64,000 bases of DNA, taken from Nitrospirota bacterium. Its GTDB lineage: Bacteria > Nitrospirota > UBA9217. This document shows positions 20,972 to 31,499 of this stretch, piece after piece. Below the pieces are notes generated by a model that made no database searches, was not told where the DNA came from, and saw only the letters and a list, made by a program, of their open reading frames with translations. A program made the position numbers and the translations under genes. The stretch spans positions 1,088,001-1,152,000 of the forward strand of contig CAWCKW010000012.1 in NCBI GenBank assembly GCA_963796285.1, in the 5' to 3' direction. The stretch's first letter is position 1. The number at the start of each line of letters is the position of its first letter.

Positions 20972-21278
20972 TTATTCTATGTGTGCTTTTGCCGTTTGGA
21001 GAGCCAGCATCTTTATCCCTGGTAAACAGCCTCCACTTCATCTCTGATGAATGGATACCTGCCTTCTTGTCCTGACCTCTACAGTAATACCAGTGTCCAA
21101 AGCGTTCGACCGTAGAAAAGGGATGATTTTTTGTACAGAGAATCCCGCACGGTTTGATCTCTTTGAAATAAATAGTTTCCTCCGGGGATTCATCAAAAGA
21201 CATATCCGCAGGCAGTTCGATCTGAGATACATCCACGTGCTGTGCTTCCTTTTCATCCAGCCAGTCTGATATTTTCAT
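20972..21278 (-). CDS. hypothetical protein, probable +1 frameshift near the C-terminus
   Basis: AAAGGAG RBS; removing one base near 21011 gives RDKDLALQTAKAHIE-stop(20972) instead of running into repeat A. Confidence 0.6.
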
Positions 21279-21317
21279 TTGGTTTTTATCTCCTTTAGAA
21301 ATCGAGCCCAGTCACGC

Positions 21318-21647
21318 CTATAGCAGGGGGAGCTGAGCCAGATGCTTGCCGATCACAGCCGGCAGTTTCTTCGGTGACCTGATGCGAAGCTGCTTGTTGA
21401 CATTGAATCTGCCAAATACGACCCGGATGTCGGTTGCCTTCACTCCAAATTCCTGTGCAAGGAACCGGACCATGTGATCGGTCGCTCTGCCCGACACCGG
21501 CGACGCGGTGACGCTCACCTTCAGCTGCGCGCCCTTGACCTTGCCGATCGCGTCCCGGTTCGAACCGGGTTTGCCCAGGATGTTCAGTACCAGCGTTTCA
21601 CCATCCCAGGCACAGAACGAATCCATTTCAAGGTCATTGTCTGTCAC
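21318..21647 (-). CDS. DUF167 (YggU) family protein
   Basis: KPGS...LKVSVTASPVSGRA...KQLRI. Confidence 0.85.
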   Translation of the reverse strand: MTDNDLEMDSFCAWDGETLVLNILGKPGSNRDAIGKVKGAQLKVSVTASPVSGRATDHMVRFLAQEFGVKATDIRVVFGRFNVNKQLRIRSPKKLPAVIGKHLAQLPLL

Positions 21648-21704
21648 TTTAAAAGCGATCCCCTCGTGGTCCTTTGTTCTTCAAACTTTCTCCGGAATAG
21701 TTCT

Positions 21705-22520
21705 TTATGCAGCCTGGCCTATGAGTTTGACCTCTTGCTGCGGGAACGGTATGCTGATCCCTATTTGGGCGAACTGTTCCACGATCGCCTGATTGACCTC
21801 TGTCTGCGCTACATAATGATCGGGGACCGACACCCAGGGCATGACCGAGATGGTAACCGAGGAATCGCCAAGATTGGACACACCGACAATGGGTGCAGGG
21901 TCCTTCAGCACCTTGGGATTCTGGTCCAGGATGGCGTTGATCGTCGACATGGCAAACTTGATATCTGCGGCATACGCGACACGGACCGATAACTGCATCT
22001 GGCGAAGCTTGCCGTAATTATGCAGGATCTCTCCCACGATCTTGCGGTTGGGCACCACGACGTGGGACCTGTCCTCGTGCAACAGCACCGTGGAGAACAG
22101 GGATATTTCCTCGACCTGTCCGTACACGCCGAGCAGTTCGATATATTCCCCGACCGTGAACGGCTTGGTGAAGATGATGTTGAGACCGGCGACAAAATTG
22201 CCGAGGACGCTCTGCACGGCAAGGCTGAGCCCGACGCCCGCGACGCCGATACCGGCAAGCAGAGGGGTGATCTGAACGCCCATCTGGCCGATCGCCATTA
22301 CGGCAAACGTGCCGAATACGACAACCCTTGTCAGCTTGGTGAACAACTGGGTCACCTGCGGCTCAAGCTTATGCCTCGACAGCCAGCGCTGAGCGGCATT
22401 TCCGACCCATCGCGTGCAGAAGTAGCCGACGAAAAGAATGCCCAGACCCGTCAGGATCTGCATGCCGTGTTCGATGAAATACATGATAAGCTTGTCAGTT
22501 ATGTCTGCTGTTTTTATCAT
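21705..22520 (-). CDS. mscS: small-conductance mechanosensitive channel
   Basis: 3 TM helices; GNFVAG...KPFTVGEYI, VPN and IPFPQQ motifs. Confidence 0.9.
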   Translation of the reverse strand: MIKTADITDKLIMYFIEHGMQILTGLGILFVGYFCTRWVGNAAQRWLSRHKLEPQVTQLFTKLTRVVVFGTFAVMAIGQMGVQITPLLAGIGVAGVGLSLAVQSVLGNFVAGLNIIFTKPFTVGEYIELLGVYGQVEEISLFSTVLLHEDRSHVVVPNRKIVGEILHNYGKLRQMQLSVRVAYAADIKFAMSTINAILDQNPKVLKDPAPIVGVSNLGDSSVTISVMPWVSVPDHYVAQTEVNQAIVEQFAQIGISIPFPQQEVKLIGQAA

Positions 22521-22597
22521 TACCTCCTCCGCTTTTTTTGAACTGGAGTGATACTATCATACGATATAATGCATGTCTTTACAAAAAGTCCCTTCAA

Positions 22598-24337
22598 CTA
22601 TTGTTTCCTCGCCTTCTTCGCCCTGCAAACCTTCAACCTTTTGATGAGCTGATCTGACTCCAGCGTATTCAACACGTCCTTCTTCTCCACCCATCCCCGC
22701 CGCGCGATCGATACGCCGTACGTCATGAAATCGAACTGGCTCGTGATATGCGTGTCCGTGCTGATGACAAGGGGCACACCGAGCTCTTTTGCCATTTTCG
22801 CGTGGAGATCGTTCAGGTCGAGCCGTAACGGATAGGCATTGATCTCCATGGCCACGCCGTACTTCGCCGCCTCCTTCAGCACCGCCTCCATGTCCACGGC
22901 ATAAGCATCGCGCTCGCCGATGAGCCTTCCCGTGGGATGGGCGATCACGCTCACGCAGGGGTTTCGAACGGCTGAGATGAGCCGTTCTGTTATCCGTGAC
23001 TGCGTTTGTTTGAACCCTGAATGAATGGAGGCAACGACAATGTCGAGCCCTGCGAGCGCATCATCGGGCAGATCGAGCCTGCCGTCCGACCGGATGTCGA
23101 TCTCGGTCCCCTTCAGGACCCTGAACCCGGAAAGCTTCTTATTCGCCTCGTCAATCAGCTTGATCTCTTCAGCAAGCCTCTTTTCATCCAGTCCACGCGC
23201 GACGCCGAGGCCCTTGGTGTGGTCCGTGATCGCGATGTAGGAGTATCCTTTTTTCTTCGCCGCCTGAACGAGGGTGTCGAGGTCATGACTGCCGTCGGAC
23301 CAGTTCGAATGCACGTGAAGGTCGCCCTTGATGTCGTCGAGCGTAACGAGGTCGGGAAGTTTTCCCGCCAGCGCCGCCTCGATCTCGCCCGTGTCTTCCC
23401 TGAGCTCCGGCGGGATGAAAGGGAGTTTGAGCGCCTGGTACACGTCCTCTTCTTTCTTCCCGCCGATCCTCTTCTCCCCGGGTTCTTTGAACACCCCGTA
23501 CTCGCTGATCTTGAGCCCGGCCCTGACCGCCATCTCCCGGAGCTTGATGTTGTGCTGCTTGCTGCCGGTGAAATACAGGAGCGCCGCGCCGAAGGAGTCC
23601 GCGTCCACCACCCGCAGGTCCACCTGGATGCCCTCCTCGGTGATGACGGAGGATTTGGTCGGCCCGTGCATCAACACCCTGGTCACGTGAGGGAGTTTTA
23701 CGAACGCATCCATCACGGCTTCGGGTTGTTTGGAGGTCGTCAGGATATCGATGTCCTTAACCGTGTCCTTGCGCCGCCTGATGCTTCCCGCCACTTCGAT
23801 GTTATCCACCGGAGTGGTATCCTTTATTCTCCGGACAATGTCTTCGGCCAGCGGCAGCGCACGGCCCAACGGCAGGCGCTCGGCGCCCTTTTTGATAAGT
23901 TCGATCCCTTTGAGGATATTTTCTTCCGTCTTCTTTTGGATTCCCGGCAGGCCCGCAAGCTTTCCCTTCCGGATCGCCGCTTCCAATCCATCGACGCTCT
24001 TGACCTTGAGCTGCTCGAACAGCATCTTCGCCTTCTTCGGGCCCAGGCCGGGAACCGTGAGAAGCTGCAGCACCCCCCCGGGAATCTCGCGTTTCAGCTC
24101 CTCGTGCTTCGCGATCTTTCCCGTTTCGAGAAACTCATGGATCTTGCCGGCAAGGTCCTTGCCGATGCCGGGTATGGACTCCAGTTCTTCCTGCGAGAGC
24201 GTAGACACGTCCTTTGACAGCCCGTCCATATTCTGCGCCGCCCGGCGATAGGCCCGGATGCGGAACACGTTCTCGCCCTTGAGTTCAAGGAGCTCGGAAA
24301 TTTCGCTGAATATCTTCGCGATCTGCTGGTTCTTCAT
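22598..24337 (-). CDS. polX: DNA polymerase X / PHP 3'-5' exonuclease
   Basis: FRIRAY, AGSIRR, DID, VDLR, YFTGSK; PHP motifs DLHVHS, TDH, AHPTGR, TDTH. Confidence 0.95.
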   Translation of the reverse strand: MKNQQIAKIFSEISELLELKGENVFRIRAYRRAAQNMDGLSKDVSTLSQEELESIPGIGKDLAGKIHEFLETGKIAKHEELKREIPGGVLQLLTVPGLGPKKAKMLFEQLKVKSVDGLEAAIRKGKLAGLPGIQKKTEENILKGIELIKKGAERLPLGRALPLAEDIVRRIKDTTPVDNIEVAGSIRRRKDTVKDIDILTTSKQPEAVMDAFVKLPHVTRVLMHGPTKSSVITEEGIQVDLRVVDADSFGAALLYFTGSKQHNIKLREMAVRAGLKISEYGVFKEPGEKRIGGKKEEDVYQALKLPFIPPELREDTGEIEAALAGKLPDLVTLDDIKGDLHVHSNWSDGSHDLDTLVQAAKKKGYSYIAITDHTKGLGVARGLDEKRLAEEIKLIDEANKKLSGFRVLKGTEIDIRSDGRLDLPDDALAGLDIVVASIHSGFKQTQSRITERLISAVRNPCVSVIAHPTGRLIGERDAYAVDMEAVLKEAAKYGVAMEINAYPLRLDLNDLHAKMAKELGVPLVISTDTHITSQFDFMTYGVSIARRGWVEKKDVLNTLESDQLIKRLKVCRAKKARKQ

Positions 24338-24478
24338 GAACGCCTCACCAATAAATTAGAGATCGTCCGGTTGTTATGTAGGGCACTTAATTATACGTAT
24401 CACTCCGTATTTTTGATTTACGGTCGGTTTGGGGTAAAGTTATTTGATACTGCACTTATCCCAGGTGCGCCGATTTTT

Positions 24479-24780
24479 GGGTAGCTCTGATCGCGAAAGC
24501 CGCGCATGCAATGCTGGGCATAGAACGTAGTTACGACTGATATCATGACAGGCAGACACGGCCTCACCCTTTTAAAAGGGTGAGGGTGGAGTGCTGCGAG
24601 ACCTGCATATCAGGGCGGAGGTACTGATAATATGCCTGGCATGCTGCGCTGCTAAGCGATGAGCTGCCCAAAAAATCAATGCACACCTGGAACATGTGCC
24701 AACTTAGATAACCTTCAGACATCAGATTGTTCATGATGAATAAAGAGCATAATTGCAAATTAAGATACCCACACAAAACC
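24479..24780 (-). repeat. repeat family A, copy 2 (lacks the central insert)
   Basis: GGCAGACACG joined directly to GCCTCACCCTTTTAAAAGGGTGAGG; otherwise colinear with 20523..20960. Confidence 0.85.
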
Positions 24781-24996
24781 TGGAATACCGTAAGTTATAA
24801 ATCTTCAGGGAGCCACGAATGAACTGGTTAACAACGGAACATGGCACTTCTGTTTTTATTCTATCATAGGGGAAGTAAAGAAGGACTGCTTGAATGAAAA
24901 AGCCGGGGCACCGGCCAACGATCACAAAATACCGGTTAGTAGTATCCTGGCTGTGCAGTTCTCCGGTTGCGGAACGTGTAAAATTTACGGTAACTG

Positions 24997-25341
24997 TTAC
25001 GGCTTTGTATATCCATATGAGCCTGTTCTGATTTCCGCTATTCTGCCGTTTTTCAGAATAATGATCCGGGTAAACTGGCTTGTCCCGAGATTATACGTCC
25101 ATTCTTCCACGTTGATATACACCTTTTGCTTCGTATCAACATCAAGTCGCTGGACAACTTCTTCCTGGTGCGAGTCCCGGAAATCAGGCGAACCGCATTT
25201 CGCCATCAAATCGGAACGACTGTCGTCTGTTGAGACGATCCCGCCTTCACAACTGAAAGAATCGGCATGAACATTGAACCAGGGGACTGCCGTCATCAAA
25301 GATAGAAAGCACACAAAAATGAATGATTTTAACATAATCAA
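24997..25341 (-). CDS. DUF2845 family secreted protein
   Basis: Signal peptide; C...VS...KCGSP...EEWTYN.G motif. Confidence 0.8.
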   Translation of the reverse strand: MIMLKSFIFVCFLSLMTAVPWFNVHADSFSCEGGIVSTDDSRSDLMAKCGSPDFRDSHQEEVVQRLDVDTKQKVYINVEEWTYNLGTSQFTRIIILKNGRIAEIRTGSYGYTKP

Positions 25342-25561
25342 AACCTCCTGATAATGTTGCCGGAATACTCATGCCTGGTTAGACCTTGTAATACATTGCG
25401 TGCGCTTGTAATGGCACGAGGAACATCGGCGGCTTAATAACCGAAAGCGGTTGTAATTTTAAATAGTCGCCACCGGCGGTGTTTTGCCTAAGGTCGTATG
25501 CTCATGTCCTACCTCTCCTGATCTGTACATTGAAACAGCGTATCGACCTAACGTCTTGCAA

Positions 25562-26233
25562 TCATTGCACCGTTACAGTTCCTGTCATAATCGTGTGAAT
25601 GGAGCAGTGATAGTTGTAGGTCCCTGCTGTCGTGAACTGGAAACATACAGATGTTCCCGGAATCATATCTGAAGAATCGAAGCTGCCGTTTACGGGGACA
25701 GTTGTGCTGACCACATGATGTGTAGACGGACCGTTATTGGTCCATTGTACAATTGCGTTGGCAGAAACGGTAACACTGGATGGACTGAAATTGAAATCCT
25801 GAATAGTAACAGGAGTCGTTCCGCTCCCCGGGCAGGCAACAAGTTTCACTGTCAACGCTGATGTAGCAGTGAAATTAACTCCTGTGATGTTCGCGTTATT
25901 GACTGTTTGTGGACTGTTTATTGGTGCAAAGGTAAAACCGGTTTTAGAGGGCGTAACAATGTAGTTCCCGTTCGAGAGCGTGCTGAAGGTAAAATTTCCA
26001 TTCGAGTCCGTGGTCGTTGTAGCGGAGCCTGCCCCGCTGAGCGTCATAGTGACGCCGGCAAGACCTGTGCCGTTTGATGTCACTGTCCCTGTGATGCTGT
26101 AGGTAGGCGAACCGCCACCACCTCCGTACCCGCCGCCACCGCAGGAAACAAGGATTAAATTCATGATCATCAAAGCTCCCATTATGACCAGGAACCAACC
26201 CGTGATGTTTATCGTACGACGATAACTTTTCAT
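25562..26233 (-). CDS. lipoprotein with carboxypeptidase-regulatory-like domain and plastocyanin/cupredoxin domain
   Basis: LVSC lipobox; ITGTV...TTDSNGNFTF; H...YHCSIHTIMTGTVTV type-1 Cu ligands. Confidence 0.85.
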   Translation of the reverse strand: MKSYRRTINITGWFLVIMGALMIMNLILVSCGGGGYGGGGGSPTYSITGTVTSNGTGLAGVTMTLSGAGSATTTTDSNGNFTFSTLSNGNYIVTPSKTGFTFAPINSPQTVNNANITGVNFTATSALTVKLVACPGSGTTPVTIQDFNFSPSSVTVSANAIVQWTNNGPSTHHVVSTTVPVNGSFDSSDMIPGTSVCFQFTTAGTYNYHCSIHTIMTGTVTVQ

Positions 26234-26322
26234 AGCGGAGTTCTCCTTTTCTTCCTACGATTGTACATACAGCAATAAGTATTGCTCTCTTTATATGCAA
26301 AGTCAAGACACTCGTTTGCCGG

Positions 26323-26683
26323 GTTGGCACTTGTTCCAGGTTTGCATGGTTTTTTTGGGCAGCTCATCGCTCAGACGGGCAGCATTCCACGCATATTAAC
26401 AGTATCTCCGCTCTGATATGCAGGCCTCGCAGCGCTCCACCCTCACCCTTTTATAAGGCTGAGGCCGCTTGTACCCGGCGTTTACGAGCCTGTGGCCAGT
26501 GCTTATGAGTGCGCTGCGCGAATACAGGCTAGGCCACGCGTAGCCTGCTCTTGCGAAATCGCGGCCATAAACGAGTGCAGGGCGCGTCTGCCTTGTCTTG
26601 TTCTCGTAACTACGATCTATGCAGCATTGCTATGCGCGTCTTTCGCGTCAGAGCTGCCCGGCGCAGGGGTAAGGCAGAATCAA
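26323..26683 (+). repeat. repeat family A, copy 3
   Basis: High similarity to the reverse-complement of 20523..20883. Confidence 0.9.
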
Positions 26684-26852
26684 ATTGCCAACCTGCCCCC
26701 GAACAGGAGGATCGACGACATTATCAGGAGATGTCAAATTACAAATACAGTTTAGAATCATTCTTTTTTACTTGCAACCGACCTCGTCTTCGGCTATATT
26801 AAAGTTAATTAGGACTAAAAATGTACTAAATAAGTTTCATTAAAGGAGGAAG

Positions 26853-27374
26853 TTGATCATGCATACGACAGCCATCGGTTCATTGGAGTATAAGAACGAT
26901 TTTTTCTCCCTCGTCATTCGTGAGACCGAGCACCGCCCCGGGAGCTACATCCTCTCCATGGGGATCAGTCTCCCCAGGTTCAACCCCATCATCTGGGGAA
27001 GGACCGGGATCTGCTCGAACGCCGCATTCAAGGGCCTGCAACAGCTTCGAGCTGATGTTTCCTACTTTGCCCTCCAGCGCGGGATCGTGACAAAAGACGC
27101 CGGCATTCCCTCCGAGACGGGCAGCGGACGCGGAGACGGCTGGTATCAGGAAAATGCCCTCTTGATCGAGGACACTTCTCCCGAGGCTGTCCAGGAGATC
27201 CTCGCATTCAGCGCACGGGACCTCGTGCAGACGATCCTGACCGCCTGCCAGTCTGATGTCAAGGTCCCGGCCGGATTGGATCCCGCGGCTATGCAGCGCT
27301 TCCTCGAATCCGTCGGCATCCCGAATTACCGGGAAATGGCCCCGCCGCCGATCGCGAAGCCGCAGGCCGCCTAG
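26853..27374 (+). CDS. hypothetical protein (paralog of 37000..37530)
   Basis: GGAGG RBS; TTGCAA-17-TATATT promoter at about 26772-26800; shared GICSN.A..G.Q.LR and GWY motifs. Confidence 0.8.
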   Translation: MIMHTTAIGSLEYKNDFFSLVIRETEHRPGSYILSMGISLPRFNPIIWGRTGICSNAAFKGLQQLRADVSYFALQRGIVTKDAGIPSETGSGRGDGWYQENALLIEDTSPEAVQEILAFSARDLVQTILTACQSDVKVPAGLDPAAMQRFLESVGIPNYREMAPPPIAKPQAA

Positions 27375-27402
27375 CAGGGACATTAAACGCAGCTGGAAAT
27401 AA

Positions 27403-27437
27403 GAAGGCCCGGTTTTTTCCCGGGCCTTTGTTTTTTT
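27403..27437 (+). terminator. intrinsic terminator
   Basis: AAGGCCCGG-loop-CCGGGCCTT followed by a T-run. Confidence 0.75.
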
Positions 27438-27671
27438 CCTTGGTAGTCGTGCCAATAAGAATACAGGCATCACTCTGGGCAGATGGCATGAGAATGGATT
27501 GGACAGCTTATGCATTGTCTGAGATGAAGATGCAATCATTGATGACGACAACAAAGAAAGCATTGTCAATAAGATAACCTTAGCCGCTTCCTCCGATGAA
27601 TTCATTGATATGGTATACTTATTTTCATTGATAAATTCCTACAGTCATTTCATGAACCTCTGGGGTTATAA

Positions 27672-27944
27672 ATGAAGATTAAGAAAGCAACCAGGACCGG
27701 CAAGGTAATAGACATCAAGGAAGCTGCAGATAAAAAAGCAGCGCATACCGCGAAATTAAAAAAACTTCAGGAAGTCAGAACCATAGCAAGAAAAATGGGG
27801 ATTAACACAAGGAGCGTGACTTTAACAGAGCTTATAAGAGCAATCCAGAGAGCCGAGGGGAATAAAGATTGTTATTTGACTGCCCAAGTCCTGACCTGCG
27901 GACAGGTGAATTGTTGCTGGCGTGAAGTTTGTACGCCGTTCTGA
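27672..27944 (+). CDS. SAP/Rho-N-like small Cys-containing protein
   Basis: LIRAIQRAEGN.DCY...C.Q..C.WR..C motif. Confidence 0.75.
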   Translation: MKIKKATRTGKVIDIKEAADKKAAHTAKLKKLQEVRTIARKMGINTRSVTLTELIRAIQRAEGNKDCYLTAQVLTCGQVNCCWREVCTPF

Positions 27945-27957
27945 GGTTATTTCATCA

Positions 27958-28085
27958 GCAGTTAAGAGAACTGGCGGAGATTTCGTAGATCCGGGAATTA
28001 AGTGGGGACAGACGCGCCCCAGTTGAGGATAGAACATCAAACAGGCTAAGAAAGGGCAACGTCAAACATTAAAAACCTGACCCTG
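27958..28085 (+). repeat. REP-doublet-like repeat family C, copy 1
   Basis: Homologous to 43122..43244; GGGGACAG ... CCTGACCC inverted ends. Confidence 0.75.
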
Positions 28086-28157
28086 ATATGGCTTAATAGA
28101 AAAATTATTTATTGCACTAAAAGCATCAACATCCCCAAAGTTCCACTGAGATGTCCT

Positions 28158-28445
28158 CTAAGAGGTTCCCAACGGCTGCACTAACGTCACCTTCGCGTTT
28201 GCCTTTTTGCGTGGTACTTTCTTTAACTTACCGGCCGTAATAATTGCTAAATCTTCGATAGTCGATTCCCGTCTGGCAACGATAGCAGTTTGATCGCTCG
28301 TTGACATCTGTTTCAGCTTCTGGATCAATTCACGCGCCTTTTCTATCTGCTCCATGGATTCAGAAATAGATTTGTTTTGAATCGACAATTTCGTCCCATC
28401 AATTAAAGAATCTATGGCAACCCTTGTCCGTACAAAATTTTGCAT
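28158..28445 (-). CDS. hypothetical helical protein
   Basis: GAGGGG RBS; clean low-GC ORF. Confidence 0.6.
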   Translation of the reverse strand: MQNFVRTRVAIDSLIDGTKLSIQNKSISESMEQIEKARELIQKLKQMSTSDQTAIVARRESTIEDLAIITAGKLKKVPRKKANAKVTLVQPLGTS

Positions 28446-28704
28446 AGTAATACCCCTCTCTTTAAATAGTAGTGTTCTTATAGTAAGGCATCTTGTTGAT
28501 AAAAGCGCTAAAAAAACGAGCGCAGCCGAGGATTAAAAACCTGACCTGAGATGCTGGGGAACCGACGCTCTCCGTGAGGACTGCGGTGGTTTTTCCGTGA
28601 TCAATCAAACGCTGCGCCACATGTGTGCAACAACGTCACTCTGTATTTTTGCGGCTTTATGGTGACACCGGTTCAGCAATTCGATGAGTCCGATCGACAG
28701 CAAG

Positions 28705-29262
28705 CTATTGGTCCCGCCCAATCTGCCTCATCTTTGGGAAACGGCGCTCGATGTTCTGCAACAAGGCCAGGGCATCTGCGGGAGAAAACGTGTCTCCGAT
28801 GCACTCGACGCCAAAGAGCGGATTGAACCGTCCTTTGAGTTTGTCGTCGATGACAAACGCGCCCCATGAAGCCGGGAGCCTGGGTTCGTCTTTCTTGAAG
28901 AAGAAGTTATTGCCGTGAGATGCCGCATTGCGAAGGTGACGAAAGACCTCAAATGCGGGCGATTGATCGTTATGAGCCTCTGCCACAGAGTATGCGGTGT
29001 TGAGAAGCATACAGCAAAGCGACTTCATCACTGCATCCGCCGTAAGGTCTCCGGACACGCAGAGTGCGTGAACCTGCCCCACGTCTATGGCCAGGCCGGG
29101 CCTGACCTTGCCGCGATACCAGGCGATCTTGTCGGGACCTGGAGAAAGCTGGTCTTCCTTTTCGAAAACAGGCCCCATTCCCATGGTTGCCGCGAGGAAG
29201 GCCATGACCATTTCGAAGAACGGACTGTCTTGTGTAAAAATGATAGTGGGTGGCTTATTCAT
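28705..29262 (-). CDS. putative HEPN-domain protein
   Basis: RNAASH (RxxxxH) motif in an all-helical context. Confidence 0.6.
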   Translation of the reverse strand: MNKPPTIIFTQDSPFFEMVMAFLAATMGMGPVFEKEDQLSPGPDKIAWYRGKVRPGLAIDVGQVHALCVSGDLTADAVMKSLCCMLLNTAYSVAEAHNDQSPAFEVFRHLRNAASHGNNFFFKKDEPRLPASWGAFVIDDKLKGRFNPLFGVECIGDTFSPADALALLQNIERRFPKMRQIGRDQ

Positions 29263-29610
29263 CGTACTCTCTCAGTTCCCGACATGATGCACCTTTGGGG
29301 TCAGCCTATAGCGCAAAGCTCTCAAGGGGGTCTTGCACCGGGTAATGGAACATGGTACCGGGTTTCCGAGCAGAAGGCAATCGGGAAGTATAGGAATGAT
29401 CGAAGAGAAGCGTCAATGATGAGAGGAAGTGCATTTTCAGAGCGCCTGAAACAACAATGGTCAGGGTAAGGACTGACCCTATGGTGTTTTGGGATTTTTC
29501 CCAGTATAATCGTGTGAAATAGTGCCGCCAGGGAAGCGACCTTTAGAGAACTTACCGGCGATCGCTATGATTTGATGAATTTGTAATTATTGATGTGTGA
29601 GGCCGGCTTT

Positions 29611-29952
29611 ATGAAAGAACCTGATTCCAGATTGGTCTATTCAACAGAGCACGCTGTCCCGAGAAAAGAGAAGCGGGTCGACCGCAAACCGACGACTCCT
29701 GCCGCGTCAGCGAAAAGCAGAATTGTTGTGCGGCTCGACCGGAAGGGCCGGGGCGGCAAATCTGTCACGGTTATAGAGGGACTTCAGCTTTCGGTCGAAG
29801 ACAGTGAAAAACTCCTGAAACAAATAAAGGCGAAACTAGGTACCGGAGGAACCGTTAAAAACGGAGCACTGGAAATCCAGGGAGATCACTGTGATGCAGT
29901 CATGGCCGGGTTGTCCGGCAAAGGCTATCTGCCGAAGCATTCAGGTGGGTAA
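29611..29952 (+). CDS. yciH: translation initiation factor SUI1/YciH family
   Basis: RLVYST, RKGRGGKSVTVI, GTGGTVK and EIQGDH motifs. Confidence 0.92.
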   Translation: MKEPDSRLVYSTEHAVPRKEKRVDRKPTTPAASAKSRIVVRLDRKGRGGKSVTVIEGLQLSVEDSEKLLKQIKAKLGTGGTVKNGALEIQGDHCDAVMAGLSGKGYLPKHSGG

Positions 29953-30223
29953 CACGGGAAGGTGCTGTCGCAACGTTATGCGACAGGTGCAATAATGTCC
30001 CCAAGTCTATTCTTTATAATAAGATCATGGCGAAAACTGATCGTCAAATTACATGATATAGTTGTCGGGCAAGAAGTACTTCCCGAACTAAACAGTCGTT
30101 GCAGTTATCTTCAATCGGCGTCCTCGATCTTCAGTCTTAAAAGCATGCATCCAACATACAGCGTTTTCACATTTCAGTGCATTATCTGAAAGTAATTTTA
30201 ATCGCATCATTAATTTAAATATC

Positions 30224-30252
30224 TTGACTTAAGCGCCCGCCATATGGATAAT
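30224..30252 (+). promoter_or_regulatory. sigma70 promoter upstream of the multiheme cytochrome
   Basis: TTGACT-17 bp-GATAAT. Confidence 0.55.
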
Positions 30253-30421
30253 ATCCCCGCCTTCCGCACAATGAGGCTATTAAGAATACTCAGCGGCTAA
30301 TTTATTTCTCACTAAAATAATCCCAACTTTTTTACAGTATCTCTGGATACAACTTTAAGCAGAGTTCGAATAACTCGCACAGCTATAAAAATTACGGCAG
30401 ATTTCAAGGGAGGCTTTTTTC

Positions 30422-31426
30422 ATGTTGAATCCATTTTCAAAAATTATCCAAAGAATAGGCACGTGGTTCAGCACGGGTATTTCAAGCAGAGCCAGAATCA
30501 TTATCATCTCGATCTTGATCATCTTTGTACTCGGGTCCCTCTTTACCGCCTACAAGATCAACGATTATTTCGAGAACAATCCCAAATCATGCTCTACCTG
30601 TCATGTTCATGATGCAGCAAACAAGGCATGGTCGACCAGCGTACATCATGGAATAAACTGCCATGAGTGCCACCATTCCACCAAGCTCGACCAGATGAGG
30701 CAGGTCTTCAATTTTGCCGTGCTCGGTCACAACAAGGTCTCACCCAGGCACGGAGAAGTTATCGTACCGTGGAAGATCTGCTTTTCCTGCCATTGGGAAA
30801 AGAACGATAAAGAACCGAACGCGCCGAGCATAGCCAATTCGAGATACCACGCAAAGCACGTCTTTATGGAAAAGATCGAATGCACAAAATGTCACGGCTA
30901 CCGGACGCATCAGTTCAGCCTCGAGGAACGGTATTGCCTGACCTGCCACAAGGACCGGGAAGTGCACGGAACAGGGATGGAGAAGCTTGCATGCCTCAAC
31001 TGCCATACCGACAGGACAAAGGACCTCAAACCCGGGCCAAAGAAGTGCCTCTACTGCCATGGCGCTGAAAAATACCGGAAAGAACTGCTGGCTGACAAGA
31101 CCATCGATGTCACCCATTTCCAGCCCGACGAAAAAACGATCCGAAAGGCGATAAAGATCGACAGACCGGAAAACGGGCCCATGCAGTTCAACTGCTACGA
31201 ATGCCACAAGCCGCACAAAACTGCGCGGCCTGACTGGGGCAACTGCCTCTCCTGCCATGAAAAGATCATGGAGGTCGGCAAACACAAGACCCATGTTCAG
31301 GACTCGGGCATGAAATGCAAGGATTGCCACAAGCCCCATGTCTGGACAATAACAAATGAGCAGGCCAAGAAAACCTGCGTGGCATGCCATGAATATAGGG
31401 CCCCGAAGGCCTTTCTTGGCCGTTAA
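30422..31426 (+). CDS. membrane-anchored multiheme cytochrome c (11 CxxCH; NapC/NirT-like N-terminus)
   Basis: One TM helix, then CSTCH, CHECH, CFSCH, CTKCH, CLTCH, CLNCH, CLYCH, CYECH, CLSCH, CKDCH, CVACH. Confidence 0.93.
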   Translation: MLNPFSKIIQRIGTWFSTGISSRARIIIISILIIFVLGSLFTAYKINDYFENNPKSCSTCHVHDAANKAWSTSVHHGINCHECHHSTKLDQMRQVFNFAVLGHNKVSPRHGEVIVPWKICFSCHWEKNDKEPNAPSIANSRYHAKHVFMEKIECTKCHGYRTHQFSLEERYCLTCHKDREVHGTGMEKLACLNCHTDRTKDLKPGPKKCLYCHGAEKYRKELLADKTIDVTHFQPDEKTIRKAIKIDRPENGPMQFNCYECHKPHKTARPDWGNCLSCHEKIMEVGKHKTHVQDSGMKCKDCHKPHVWTITNEQAKKTCVACHEYRAPKAFLGR

Positions 31427-31499
31427 TCTGAATATTCCGATTTGGTGAACCGGGATCGGACTCTCATGGCTGCCGGTCAGGTTCGGGGGTGCGTCTCGT

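Noticed and set aside
25400-25495. Possible c-di-GMP/GEMM riboswitch upstream of the DUF2845 gene
   Set aside because: Only a GGCAAA start and a short hairpin are present; the GAAA tetraloop and GCAAAGC receptor elements were not found.
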